A stretch of 64,000 bases of DNA from an uncultured Chloroflexia bacterium. GTDB lineage: Bacteria > Chloroflexota > Chloroflexia > QHBQ01 > JADMIH01. The stretch covers positions 640,001 to 704,000 of the forward strand of contig CAWCNY010000002.1 of the NCBI GenBank assembly GCA_963797095.1. The letters are read 5' to 3'. Numbering within the stretch: the stretch's first letter is position 1; each line of letters opens with the position of its first letter. Under the pieces are notes generated by a model. It saw nothing but the letters and a program-made list of their open reading frames with translations. It was not told the DNA's origin and did no database searches. Below, piece after piece: positions 37,446-47,780 of the stretch. The position numbers and the translations under genes are program-made.

Positions 37446-40400
37446 CTATGAAGCAGTAGAAGAGGTTGCGGAACCATCTGTCGTCGATGTCGTGACCTTG
37501 CTCGTTTTCAAAAGTACGCGTACCTCGTGCGTCTTCCCATCGTTCACAAGAGGTACTTTGCAATCAAGCAGAGATGAACCATCCAGTTGCACCGCAATCA
37601 CCTCGCCTGATGTGCCCAACCCGGCCTCCACGCTGATATGGTAGCTGCTGTCTCTATATCTGAAGTTCATGCTATAGCCGGGCCAGTGTGAAGGAATGCA
37701 TGGCTCGACTGTAAAGTGATCGGCGTGCAGCTTCAGGCCGAGTATATACTCAACCCCCAGACGATAGAGCCAACTTGCCGAGCCTGTGTACCAGGTCCAC
37801 CCGCCCCGGCCGATATGCTGTGGGTGCGAATAGATATCGGCAGCTACCACGTAAGGCTCAGCCTTGTAGCGACCAGTCTCTTCCGGCGTGCGCGCATGGT
37901 TAGTGGGGTTGAGCATCTGGAACAGACGGTAAGCTCCCTCGCCGTCCCCCATCAGCACGTGGGCGACCGCCGTCCAGACCGCAGCGTGCGTATATTGTCC
38001 GCCGTTCTCCCGCACCCCCGGCAAGTAGCCCTTAATGTAGCCGGGGTCCTGAGCCGTCTTATCAAAGGCGGGAGTGAGAAGCAGGATCAATCGCTCCCGC
38101 TCCAGCACCAACCGCTCCTCCACCGATTGCATAGCCTTCTTCGTTCGCGATTTCTCGGCGGCTCTCGAAATAACCGCCCAACTCTGCGCGATAGAGTTGA
38201 TCCGGCACTCCTCGCTCTCCGAGGAACCCAGCGGCACGCCGCTGTCGTAGAAGGCGCGCAAGTACCACTCACCATCCCACGCCTGGCTCTCCAGCGCGCC
38301 CTTGAGTCTCTCCATCTCGTCCCGGAACTGGCCCGCCCGCACCCCATCCCCGCGCTGCTCGCACACGGGCGCGAAGCTGTCCAGGACGGCATACAAGAAC
38401 CACCCCAGCCAGACGCTCTCCCCCTTGCCTTCGATGCCGACGCGGTTCATGCCGTCGTTCCAGTCGCCGGCGCCCATAAGGGGAAGGCCATGCGCGCCCG
38501 CTGTGTTGCCACGCGCAATCGCTCGGAGGCAATGGTCATATAGAGTGCCTACCTCTTCCGATACGGTGGGGGTACCGTACATATCTTCCTGGTCGGGGGC
38601 AAGAAGCGGAGCTTGCAGGAATGGAACCTTCTCATCAAGTACCCCGACGTCGCCTGTGGCCCCTACGTAGTAAGCGGTAACAAATGGGAGCCAGAGCAGG
38701 TCATCGGAGAAGCGAGTTCGCACGCCACGCCCGGTCGGCGGGTGCCACCAGTGCTGTACATCTCCTTCCCTGAATTGCCGGCCGGCGCACCTTAGTATTT
38801 GCTCACGAGCTATATTCGGCGCTGCATAGACCAGGGCCATGACATCCTGAAGCTGGTCACGGAAGCCATAAGCTCCGCCGCTCTGGTAAAAAGCCGTTCG
38901 CCCCCAGAGGCGGCAACTGATGCTCTGGTAGAGGAGCCAGCGGTTGAGCAACATATTCATGGCCGTGTCGGGCGTCTCCGCCACCACAGCCGATAGGAGC
39001 CAGTCCCACATCCTGAGTGTGCCCTGGAATTCCGTTTCGACCTGACCATGATCGCGATACTTCGCTGCGAGGAAGCGCGCATGGTCGGCGTTGTCTCCCT
39101 CGCCCAGCGTGAAGACCACTGTACGCTCCTCACCGGGCTGCAGGTTCAGGGCACATTGGAGAGCCACACAGGAGTTGAGTCCCGCTCCTACCCGACCCGA
39201 GAGCCCGCGGCGCTCCAGGGCGGCCGGAGCCTGTAGAGAGCCGTTGCGGCCCAGGAACTCTGCCCGATCCGCGGTGAACGTAAAGTCTGAGGCGCTCGTT
39301 GCTGCGAAGGCTACCCGCTCAGCGAACTCCGGGTTGTACGGGTTGCGCGCAAGGATCGCACTGTGCTCTCGGTCCGCTTCGGTGATTATGAACCGCGATA
39401 CGGCTTCGCGACTCACACCCAGCACCAACTCGGCATAATAGGTCACAGATAACTTTCGTGGGGTTGTTGAGCTGTTGCGCACCGTCAGCTTGCACACTTT
39501 CACCGGGTCGTCAGCAGGCACCGAGACCAGTAAGGTCTGCTCGATGCCGTTACTATTGTGGTTGTATACCGTGTAGCCTTGACCATGCCGGATAGTGTAA
39601 GGCTCCAGGTGGCGCACTGGAAGCGGTGTCGGCGACATCACAGCACCGCTTTCATCATCCCTGATGTAGATCGCCTCAGAAGGAGGATCCGAAACCGGGT
39701 CGTTCGACCAGGGAGTGAGACGGTTCTCCCGGCTGTTCTCAGACCATGTCGAGGCCATACCGCTCTCGGTCAGCAGGCAGCCGAAATGGTAATTGGTTAT
39801 TACGTTGCTCCAGGGCTGGGGCGCCCACCGCCCACCCGCCAGCGTTATCACGTATTCGCGGCCATCAGGGGTGAAATCGCCAAACCCATTCTGGTTTTGA
39901 CCCTTCTCCCCGCTCAGGGGCACGGCTGTGGGTTGCGGGCTAATAGATTGTGCTTTAGTCCAGGAAGCTGCTGGCTGGGCATGCTCCTGGCGGGGGAATT
40001 CTTTTGGCAGAGGGAGGCGTATGTCGGGCACTTCTCTGTTGAGTTGGACATCCAGGGTGCCGAGATTGCCTACCAGGACGACGCGGGCGACGCTGTTAAG
40101 GAGAATGTGGTCCGCTTCAGTCATGACATCTGCACGCTTGACGTAAACGCCGCCGGGTTTGTTGAGCATCTGGTGGGCATGGCTCGACGCCACCAATCGC
40201 TCCAGTTCGTCCTGCACGGGTTGTATATAGCCGCCGGGGTATTCGTTCAGGATGACGAGGTCAGCGTCAAAGCCCTTTCGCTTCCAGAACTCATGGGCAC
40301 GAAGTGCCTGGCGTACCAACGGCGTTTCCGGCAGGTCGGCAATTCGAACAAGCAGGATGGGAAGATCTCCGCTGATGCTGTAAGCCCAGAGCCCCTGCTG

Positions 40401-43400
40401 GCCCTTGGTGTTCCTGGCGAGCGTTGCGTCGGGCGGGCGCGTGCCCCGGCGCGGGTAGATCATGCGGGAGAACAAGCGCTGGTACTGCATCGCCTCATCC
40501 ACCGAGATGTCCAGCATCCTCAATTCGAGCTGCGCCTGGCTGAGGGACATGGCGACCGCGCGCTCGGCCCAGGCGGCATCGTGGTACTTGTCACAGAGAG
40601 CGTAAGCCTCTTCCTTCGTCCCGGCGGCCGCCGTCACAAACGACACCTGCACCTTCGCACCCGGTGCGACGCGCACTTTCTGGCGCAGGCTGAAGATAGG
40701 GTCCAGTACGGCACCGGCGGTATTGCCCAGGAGTTGCCCTGCCATCATGGCGCGAGGGGCGGCGGGCGTGCCGCCCCTCCCAAGGAAAGCCATCCGGTCG
40801 GTCTCGTACTCGTCGGGGAAGGGAGAGCCGAGCGCGCCGGTAGTCTCGTCATGCCGCGCAACAGCCACTACATGCACCAGCCAGTTGCGCAGGTCGCCTG
40901 CGGATCTTGGCCGCCGGCTGGCGAGCAGCGCGCCATAATCGGGGAAGTATTCGGTTTCAACGAAGAGCTTGCTGAAAGCCGGGTGCGCTTCATCGGCGGA
41001 TTGAGTGGCCAGGGCAATCTCCGCGTAGCTGGTCAATTCAATCTGGCGCGGCCGATTGCTGCGATTGGTGAGGGTCACACGCCTGATCTCGGCATCGTCC
41101 TCGGGGCTTACCACCACCTCCATTTGAGTCTCGATGTCTCCGTCCCTCCTGAAGTACTCCACCTTATCCGGCGCGAAGCGGGCGTGGTACCCGGAGGGCA
41201 ACCCACCGAACGGAGCGGCGGCAGCAGACCAGGTCGCGCCGCTCTGCATGTCACGCAAATATATAAAAGTACCGCATGGATCGCGTACCCAGTCGTCGCG
41301 CCAGCGAGTGACCGCGAGGGTCTCGCTGGCGCTACTCCACCTGCTGTAGCCCGCACCCGAGTTAGTCATCATCACCGTGTAGCGCCCGTTGGAGATGAGG
41401 TGGCCTCTGGGCACGTCCGTATTGGGGGTGTTGTAGCCACGCACAACAGGTGGCACTTCCTCGCGATACGCCTGAGCTCGCGCCTCCGCACTTGAGTGTG
41501 GCGGGATGGCCGGTGCCTGGCGTGGGACGCGCTCTTGCAACAGCAGCAGTGTCGCACGCACTTCCGGCTCCGCCTCGAAGCGCCTGACCATTGGGTTGCC
41601 GTTGAGAAAGTTGTTTATGGCGGTCAGGCCCATGCCCAGGTGATGCACCATGTATGTGCTGACGATAGCCCCACTCTGCCCAGGAGCGAGGCGAGAGCGT
41701 GTAAAGTCTATGGCGTCGTAGAAGCCATAGCGCCCCTCCATGCCGAGGGATGACAGGCGGCGCAGGTTGTCGAGGGCGCTTTGCGGGTCAATCCCGAGCG
41801 CAAGCTGCGTGGCATAGGGAGCCACCACCAGGTCCTCGGATAGCCCGCGCTTGAGACCAAGCTCAGGCAGGCCGAAGGCCCTGTACCTGTAGCTCTGGCT
41901 GCTGTCAAGGGCGTTGTACGCCGACTCGGAGATCCCCCATGGCAGTCTCCTCTCTCGCCCATACCGTTCCTGGTAGCGCACCGCTGCGGCGCAGGTCTGG
42001 TCAAGGAGACTTCCGCTATATGCAGGCATCACGAGGTTGGGCATCAAGTATTCGAACATCGTGCCTGTCCAGGAAATGAGGGTCTGGTCGCGACCCCGAC
42101 CGGTGACGGAGCGGCCCAGGCGGAACCAGTGCGCCTGCGGCACATCCCCCCGGGCGATAGCCACGTAGCTCGCCAGGCGCGCTTCCGAGGCGAGTAAGTC
42201 GTAATATGAGCGGTCGCGCTGCAACTCGGTTACGTTGTAGCCGATGGCAAAAAGCTTGCGCTCCTCGTCATACAGGAAGCCAAATCCCATTTCACGGGCC
42301 ATGTTGCCGGCGCGGGCTCCCAGATTGCCGAGCCTGTTCGACAGGGCATCGAGCGCGGCGTGCGACTCGGATACGCTCGCGCTCAACCGGTCCAGCCAGC
42401 GAATAGAGTTGCTACGCTCCAGCGCCTCCTCGCCCAGGTCGGCGGCCTGGATGAGCACCTGTAAGCGCTTGATATCAGATATGCAATCGGTACACCATTG
42501 CGGGGCCTCGCTGATGGAGGGTATAGGACCAGGCAGTTCCTTCAGATTTGCCCACAGCGCGGCTATTTCAGATCGTCCTGGATCGTTTGAACGCTCCTCT
42601 TTGAGTAAAAGAGGCGGAGATTCGATCATGCTGGCCCATGGCACCAGGCTGTTTATCTCCACCTCCAGCGACCGGACGGCGCGCGCCAGGGAGTCGGTCC
42701 AGAAGGCAAGCTCCAAGACCGTATCAACATTCCTCTTTGAGTACTTTTGCCCGGCGGGAGCCTGAATTGCGCCACGCCCAAGAATCGGGCTCTCCCAGCC
42801 TCTGCCGCCGACAAGGCGTCGAGCTTCTGTTGCCAGATCGCCTGTGAGTTGCACCAGCGAGGTTGTGAGCGTGACCCATTCCGGTACTGTCCGGGGGGTG
42901 GATTTGACCTCTTCTTGTGCGTAGCCCACTTCATTCTTGATTGTCTCAACCCTCTCCATGAGGGCATCGAGCGTCGAATGTTGTGCGTCGTGCAATGGCC
43001 CCCTTCGGTCAGCGCCCAGGGCCTCCAAGTCAGATTTGATAAGCCCGCAAATGTCACCCATGTTCTGTAGCAACTGAGGTGGGAGGAGGGGAGCATCAAG
43101 CAGTTCGGAGCAGCCCCACTTCAGAGCCAGCAGGTGCCCTGCGAGGTTACCGCTGTCCACTGTGGAGACATATTCCGGGGGTAGAGGCTTGCCTGACAAA
43201 GTATCGTACCAGTTATAGAAATGGCCTTTATACCGCTCAAGCCTCTCCATGCTCGACAAGGTGCTGTCAATTCTCTGCGCCAGTTCCGACACTGTGATAT
43301 ACCCCAGGTCATGAGCCGAGAGGGTAGAGAGCAGCAGGAGCCCCAGATCGGTGGGCGATGTGCGGTGCGCCAGGTCTCCTTTCGGTTCCTCCTGGAAGTT

Positions 43401-46400
43401 ATCGGGGGCCAGCCAGAGGTCCTCTCCGGCATCGTGGGCACCCACAAACTCTTCAAAGTAGCGCCAGCTTTTCCGCGCCATGCGGCGTAGATAAACTCGA
43501 TCGCTCCGAGTGAGGGCATATGTTTCAGGTACTGGAGGCTTGCTCACCAGGTAGGCAACGACAGGCGAGAGCATCCAGGCGAGAAGGAACGGCATCGCGA
43601 CGATAATGGATGTGGGAATCCAGATGCCTAGAGCCACGGCAATGATGGCCGAGAAGGCGGAGATCTGCCACATTCTCTTGAGAAAATCGAGCGGCGTGCT
43701 CCCTGACGTGCGTTGCGCCTCACTCGCTGTCACCCATTCAAGAAGGTGGCGATGGGTAATATGCATCCGCACCAACGTACTCACCACAGCATCCAGCATC
43801 AGATATGCCATGTGCGCCAGGAAAGTGAGCGTCAGTAGCAGGTGCATCAAGTTGGTGAGAGCGTCGGCGAATACAGCGGAGAGATGGCGCGACCAGGATG
43901 TAATCACCGGCTTGCGCGGTACAGCCGTCAGTAGGTGCGAATAGAGCGGGAAGGCGAAGCAGAGCAGGACAAAGAGCGTCCAAAAGAACGGGGAAAGTGG
44001 AGCGATGAACCAACCCATGACGAGCAGCAAAACCGAAGCGGGTGCGACCAACGAACGGCGAAGGTTATCCGCTATCTTCCACCGGTTTATAGGCGTGATC
44101 GTATTGCGCACACGGTCCGTGTCCGAAGGGACTGTGGGGAATATCCAGGGAGATATCTGCCAATCGCCTCGTACCCAACGGTGGGAGCGTGCAGCGTACG
44201 CATCATAGCGTGAAGGGATATCGTCGTACAGGGCTATATCGCTGACAAGCCCCACGCGCGCATAGGTGCCTTCCAGCAGGTCATGGCTCAGGATTGCGTT
44301 TTTCGGAAAGCTCCCTCTTGTGGCTTGCTCGAAGGCATCTACGTCATAGATCCCCTTGCCAATGAAAATCCCTTCTCCGAAGAGGTCTTGGTAGGCGTTT
44401 GAGACCGCCGTGGTATAGGGATCCACGCCTGTGTGCCCCGAAAAGAGGTGTGAGAAGGGAGTCTTACCTGCGCTTTCCCAGGTAGTCTCAACACTTGGCT
44501 GGAGTATCCCGTACCCTACATTGACCATTCCGGTGCGGGGATCCAGCTCGGCCCGGTTAAGTGGGTGGGCCAGGGTGCCCACCAACCTGTGAGCTGCGTC
44601 CCTTGGCAGATCGGTGTCGGTGTCGAGAGTGATCACATACCGGGTGGCGGGGAGGAGAGCGAGGTCGCCAACTTGCGTGGTGAACGGGTTCTCCTGCACA
44701 TTCGGACCATATTGCATAAGCGGGGTGCCCCCTGGGCCGCGAACTCGCAGGAGGGCGTTGAAATCGACAAGTTTGCCGCGCTTCCTCTCCCACCCCATCC
44801 ATACCCCCTCTCTGGGGTTCCACTGCCGCTTGCGGTGAAAGAGATAGAAACGGTCTTCGCCGTGCACTGAGTTCAGGTTCTGTACTGCGTCGGATGCCGC
44901 CCGGACCAGATCGGCATCGCCGGGCATTTCCTCGTGGGGAGCATCAGCGAAATCACTGAGGATGGCAAATCGCAGGTTGGGGTCCTGGTTGGCAAGATAG
45001 AGTACTTCGATATGCTCTATGAGGGACTGCACGTCCGAGCTATTCTTGAAGAGGGTAGGTATAACGACAAAGGTGGTATGCTCTGCCGGGATCCCACCCG
45101 ACAAATCAAGCTTGGGCAGGACTCTGGGTGGCAGCAATAGGGTTACGACGAGGTTTACCAGGTGCGCAGCAAGCTCGCTCGCGGGGAGGACAGCTATCAG
45201 AAGGGCCAGGGCGACCCACAAAGGATAAGACTCTAGCGTATCGTTAGAGGCAAAACCGAAAAAGAGCCCCGCCACCAAACCCAAGGCGGTGAGAGATATT
45301 ATGGAGCCTACATATACCCTCGTAGGGTGGGCACGTAAGAAGCGCGACAGGGTCTCGCCCAGGCGTGATTTATACCCTGTAGCGGCCCGTAGCTGGTGCA
45401 CACCCCTTGCTACCAGGTAATAGCCTATGTGCGAGCGTCGAGAATCACCGGGATTATCCTCCTTTGAAGCATGGGCGGACTGAAGAGCCTGTTGGGCCAC
45501 CGCTCTCTCGGACTTACCAGATCGCCGTGCTATTCGCTCAACCACGTGCCGGTAGCGGTCACGGGTGGCAAAATCCATACTTGAGTAGATCCCCGCGGGA
45601 TCGGCACGTAGCAGCGCTTCCATCGCGCTCTGGCTCTCCACGAAATCTGACCAATTGGTTGCCGACACCCATCGCATGCTGCTGATCGTATTACCTACGG
45701 AAGCCTGGACCGCCGAGTGCTGGCCGAACTCCGCCCGCACTGCCTCTTCCGTACTCGATCCCGCGCTTGCCAGTTCCCTTTCCAGCCACTCCAGTATGGG
45801 AGACACGGCAGGGCCTGTCTCGCGCAGTCGCTGAAATAGGCGCACGACGAATGTCTGGGTAAGTTGCTCCGTGTCGCGCTCAAGCTCCGCAGGCAGCGTG
45901 ATTGGAGCGCCGAGCGAGTATGGTGGTGCCTGCGTTAGTCCTACGGACAAGAGTCGGTCTGCCCAAGCGTTTGCTGCATCCAACTGGCGTCTCGTGTTGG
46001 TTACTAATTGAGCCAGGCGGGCCAGGTTTTCGACCAACGCAAGACGGATCATGGCCGGAATCGCCCACAACTCGCCTATGTTAAGAGGAAGGGCAGACTG
46101 GTAGCCTCGGATAAATGCATCGATGTTGAGGATATCAACAATGCCATCGGTGTGGAGTATTAGTTCGCGCGCGGCGGCATAGACGCGCGGATAGCCCGCA
46201 TACTCTGTATCTCCCAGCCGAGGAAGTTGGAGGTAATAGCGGCGTGGTAAGTCGACACCTATTTCGTCCACCGTGTCACGCACGATGTGATAGTTGTCCA
46301 GCAGCCACTCGTCGCCGGGCATCAGAGGCTGCTTCTGACTCGCAGAAGCGTCAAGCTGAGCGTATGTCTCCTCAAGTGCGCGCCCGCTCTTCTCAGCCTT

Positions 46401-46616
46401 TGCGAGAAGCGGCTTTGCAGAGACACGACGCGTTACCGTCTCATGCTCGGAAGCTAGATCATGCGCGTACTCTTCAAGCCGCTCAAGGCTGAAAAGCTCA
46501 CCGCGTATTTGGTCTTGGGGGTCAGCTAAGGGGTGCGGTTGTTTGGAATGGCGGCGCCAGTCAGCAGTGAGGTCTGTCTTCATTTCGCATCGAATCTCGA
46601 TGGAGGCATAACCCAT
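37446..46616 (-). CDS. ndvB: Cyclic beta-1,2-glucan synthase (Cgs/ChvB/NdvB): GT84 plus glycoamylase-like plus GH94 domains
   Basis: GKGIYDVDAF, LSHDLLEG, RWVRGDWQ; YYDLLASEARL, SWTGTMFEYLMP, WGISES; YQSGGAYGFRDQLQD, GDWNDGMN, ENGGQYTHAA. The start may be ATG 46583. Confidence 0.92.
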   Translation of the reverse strand: MGYASIEIRCEMKTDLTADWRRHSKQPHPLADPQDQIRGELFSLERLEEYAHDLASEHETVTRRVSAKPLLAKAEKSGRALEETYAQLDASASQKQPLMPGDEWLLDNYHIVRDTVDEIGVDLPRRYYLQLPRLGDTEYAGYPRVYAAARELILHTDGIVDILNIDAFIRGYQSALPLNIGELWAIPAMIRLALVENLARLAQLVTNTRRQLDAANAWADRLLSVGLTQAPPYSLGAPITLPAELERDTEQLTQTFVVRLFQRLRETGPAVSPILEWLERELASAGSSTEEAVRAEFGQHSAVQASVGNTISSMRWVSATNWSDFVESQSAMEALLRADPAGIYSSMDFATRDRYRHVVERIARRSGKSERAVAQQALQSAHASKEDNPGDSRRSHIGYYLVARGVHQLRAATGYKSRLGETLSRFLRAHPTRVYVGSIISLTALGLVAGLFFGFASNDTLESYPLWVALALLIAVLPASELAAHLVNLVVTLLLPPRVLPKLDLSGGIPAEHTTFVVIPTLFKNSSDVQSLIEHIEVLYLANQDPNLRFAILSDFADAPHEEMPGDADLVRAASDAVQNLNSVHGEDRFYLFHRKRQWNPREGVWMGWERKRGKLVDFNALLRVRGPGGTPLMQYGPNVQENPFTTQVGDLALLPATRYVITLDTDTDLPRDAAHRLVGTLAHPLNRAELDPRTGMVNVGYGILQPSVETTWESAGKTPFSHLFSGHTGVDPYTTAVSNAYQDLFGEGIFIGKGIYDVDAFEQATRGSFPKNAILSHDLLEGTYARVGLVSDIALYDDIPSRYDAYAARSHRWVRGDWQISPWIFPTVPSDTDRVRNTITPINRWKIADNLRRSLVAPASVLLLVMGWFIAPLSPFFWTLFVLLCFAFPLYSHLLTAVPRKPVITSWSRHLSAVFADALTNLMHLLLTLTFLAHMAYLMLDAVVSTLVRMHITHRHLLEWVTASEAQRTSGSTPLDFLKRMWQISAFSAIIAVALGIWIPTSIIVAMPFLLAWMLSPVVAYLVSKPPVPETYALTRSDRVYLRRMARKSWRYFEEFVGAHDAGEDLWLAPDNFQEEPKGDLAHRTSPTDLGLLLLSTLSAHDLGYITVSELAQRIDSTLSSMERLERYKGHFYNWYDTLSGKPLPPEYVSTVDSGNLAGHLLALKWGCSELLDAPLLPPQLLQNMGDICGLIKSDLEALGADRRGPLHDAQHSTLDALMERVETIKNEVGYAQEEVKSTPRTVPEWVTLTTSLVQLTGDLATEARRLVGGRGWESPILGRGAIQAPAGQKYSKRNVDTVLELAFWTDSLARAVRSLEVEINSLVPWASMIESPPLLLKEERSNDPGRSEIAALWANLKELPGPIPSISEAPQWCTDCISDIKRLQVLIQAADLGEEALERSNSIRWLDRLSASVSESHAALDALSNRLGNLGARAGNMAREMGFGFLYDEERKLFAIGYNVTELQRDRSYYDLLASEARLASYVAIARGDVPQAHWFRLGRSVTGRGRDQTLISWTGTMFEYLMPNLVMPAYSGSLLDQTCAAAVRYQERYGRERRLPWGISESAYNALDSSQSYRYRAFGLPELGLKRGLSEDLVVAPYATQLALGIDPQSALDNLRRLSSLGMEGRYGFYDAIDFTRSRLAPGQSGAIVSTYMVHHLGMGLTAINNFLNGNPMVRRFEAEPEVRATLLLLQERVPRQAPAIPPHSSAEARAQAYREEVPPVVRGYNTPNTDVPRGHLISNGRYTVMMTNSGAGYSRWSSASETLAVTRWRDDWVRDPCGTFIYLRDMQSGATWSAAAAPFGGLPSGYHARFAPDKVEYFRRDGDIETQMEVVVSPEDDAEIRRVTLTNRSNRPRQIELTSYAEIALATQSADEAHPAFSKLFVETEYFPDYGALLASRRPRSAGDLRNWLVHVVAVARHDETTGALGSPFPDEYETDRMAFLGRGGTPAAPRAMMAGQLLGNTAGAVLDPIFSLRQKVRVAPGAKVQVSFVTAAAGTKEEAYALCDKYHDAAWAERAVAMSLSQAQLELRMLDISVDEAMQYQRLFSRMIYPRRGTRPPDATLARNTKGQQGLWAYSISGDLPILLVRIADLPETPLVRQALRAHEFWKRKGFDADLVILNEYPGGYIQPVQDELERLVASSHAHQMLNKPGGVYVKRADVMTEADHILLNSVARVVLVGNLGTLDVQLNREVPDIRLPLPKEFPRQEHAQPAASWTKAQSISPQPTAVPLSGEKGQNQNGFGDFTPDGREYVITLAGGRWAPQPWSNVITNYHFGCLLTESGMASTWSENSRENRLTPWSNDPVSDPPSEAIYIRDDESGAVMSPTPLPVRHLEPYTIRHGQGYTVYNHNSNGIEQTLLVSVPADDPVKVCKLTVRNSSTTPRKLSVTYYAELVLGVSREAVSRFIITEADREHSAILARNPYNPEFAERVAFAATSASDFTFTADRAEFLGRNGSLQAPAALERRGLSGRVGAGLNSCVALQCALNLQPGEERTVVFTLGEGDNADHARFLAAKYRDHGQVETEFQGTLRMWDWLLSAVVAETPDTAMNMLLNRWLLYQSISCRLWGRTAFYQSGGAYGFRDQLQDVMALVYAAPNIAREQILRCAGRQFREGDVQHWWHPPTGRGVRTRFSDDLLWLPFVTAYYVGATGDVGVLDEKVPFLQAPLLAPDQEDMYGTPTVSEEVGTLYDHCLRAIARGNTAGAHGLPLMGAGDWNDGMNRVGIEGKGESVWLGWFLYAVLDSFAPVCEQRGDGVRAGQFRDEMERLKGALESQAWDGEWYLRAFYDSGVPLGSSESEECRINSIAQSWAVISRAAEKSRTKKAMQSVEERLVLERERLILLLTPAFDKTAQDPGYIKGYLPGVRENGGQYTHAAVWTAVAHVLMGDGEGAYRLFQMLNPTNHARTPEETGRYKAEPYVVAADIYSHPQHIGRGGWTWYTGSASWLYRLGVEYILGLKLHADHFTVEPCIPSHWPGYSMNFRYRDSSYHISVEAGLGTSGEVIAVQLDGSSLLDCKVPLVNDGKTHEVRVLLKTSKVTTSTTDGSATSSTAS

Positions 46617-46739
46617 TGTAGTCTAAAGAGGCGATTCTTACTACCGTCGGAGCTGGACGTTCTATTCCTGAGTTCTCCTGATGAGCGTGCCCAGTTGAGT
46701 AAGTGCTTCCTTCTTGCTAGTGGGGCGGACAGGAACTAA

Positions 46740-47565
46740 AGGACCAATTGGGCGCGGACCGTTTGATACACAACATTGGTGCGGGCTACCTGAACTGCCT
46801 GCGGAGCCACTTCTCGAACCGCTTCTGCATACGCACCACCCCGATCCCTGCTGACAATCTTTAGTCCCGAGCTATTGCTGTCCCACTACCGATACCGTTA
46901 CCCTCCAGGTAATGGTGCCCTCTGGTCAGGCTCGGAAGCGCTGACTGCGCTGACTGCGCTGACTGCGCTGACTGCGCTGACTGCGCTGACTGCTCGTACG
47001 AGCCTCAGGATACTACCTGGGGTGGCAGGTATCCTCATAAGCTTTGCCAATCGCGTTCCCGCCTTCCCTCCCAGGGCCAGCCCAATTGCTTGCAGCCAAT
47101 TCTTGCACTGTTTGGTGCGGTGAGCATAGGCGACGATCTGCTCACCCAGCCGCTCTGCAAAGGTACGGCGAGGGCATGCGGTGTTGGAGCAGACGAAGCG
47201 GCGTGCTCGTATTTGCAACTGTACACTCAATCCTCCCCAGGAGAGGTCTTGCACAGTGCGAGGGTAATAGCAGTGAATTCGGGATGAGGGCATCTGGAAG
47301 AGTGGGCAGCGGGCTGTGGGGGCAGTACTAATAACGGTGAGAAGAAGCAGTTGAGCACGAAGACCATTCTCATATTCACTCTCAGGCTGTACAAGTTGGA
47401 TTAGTTTCAGACCCGAGCAGTGAGGTAACAGGAAGTCCATGTCCATTTGAGCAACGGGTTCCTCCTTGCTGAGTACTTGCCTGGTCTTCAGCGACGAAGA
47501 GAGGCTACTCAATCTACGGAAAGGGTTGGAACTCGTTACCTGACCACCAACTTTGCCTCAGAACC
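46740..47565 (-). mobile_element. ISL3-family remnant
   Basis: Degenerate zf-ISL3 (RCP...SSRIH.YYPR.VQDL...RRFVCSN.AC.RRTFAERL), later SRDRGGAYAEA; end GGTTCTGAGGCAAAGTTGGTGG at 47565-47544. Confidence 0.8.
46938..46993. repeat. 9-bp tandem repeat (GCGCTGACT)x6
   Basis: Counted directly; encodes (AVS)6 inside the ISL3 remnant. Confidence 0.9.
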
Positions 47566-47594
47566 CACTTTCGTTCCAATGATACTCACAGGCC

Positions 47595-47722
47595 AAGCCC
47601 TGTGGTAAGCCCAAGATAATGCCATAGCCCCGTAGGGGCGTAAGAACAGGATCTCTACAGTCCTGTATGATATAATGACGCAACCCTCTTACGTCCCTTC
47701 GGGACTTGCCTTGGGTGGTATT
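47595..47722. repeat. REP cluster D (right half only)
   Basis: Starts mid-unit at AAGCCCTGTGGTAAGCCCAAGA, then AGCCCCGTAGGGGCGTAAGAACAG and an inverted CTCTTACGTCCCTTCGGGACT, as in the right half of cluster A. Confidence 0.85.
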
Positions 47723-47780
47723 CCATCTTACAAGGGTGCAACTTACTTTGCCGTTTTGTGCTAGATGGTAGTCGGTATCC

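Noticed and set aside
39558-41495. 645-aa plus-strand ORF
   Set aside because: Antisense to the glucan synthase; no recognisable motifs; typical GC-rich shadow frame.
46938-46993. 9-bp repeat as a phase-variation switch
   Set aside because: The unit is a multiple of three and lies in a dead transposase.
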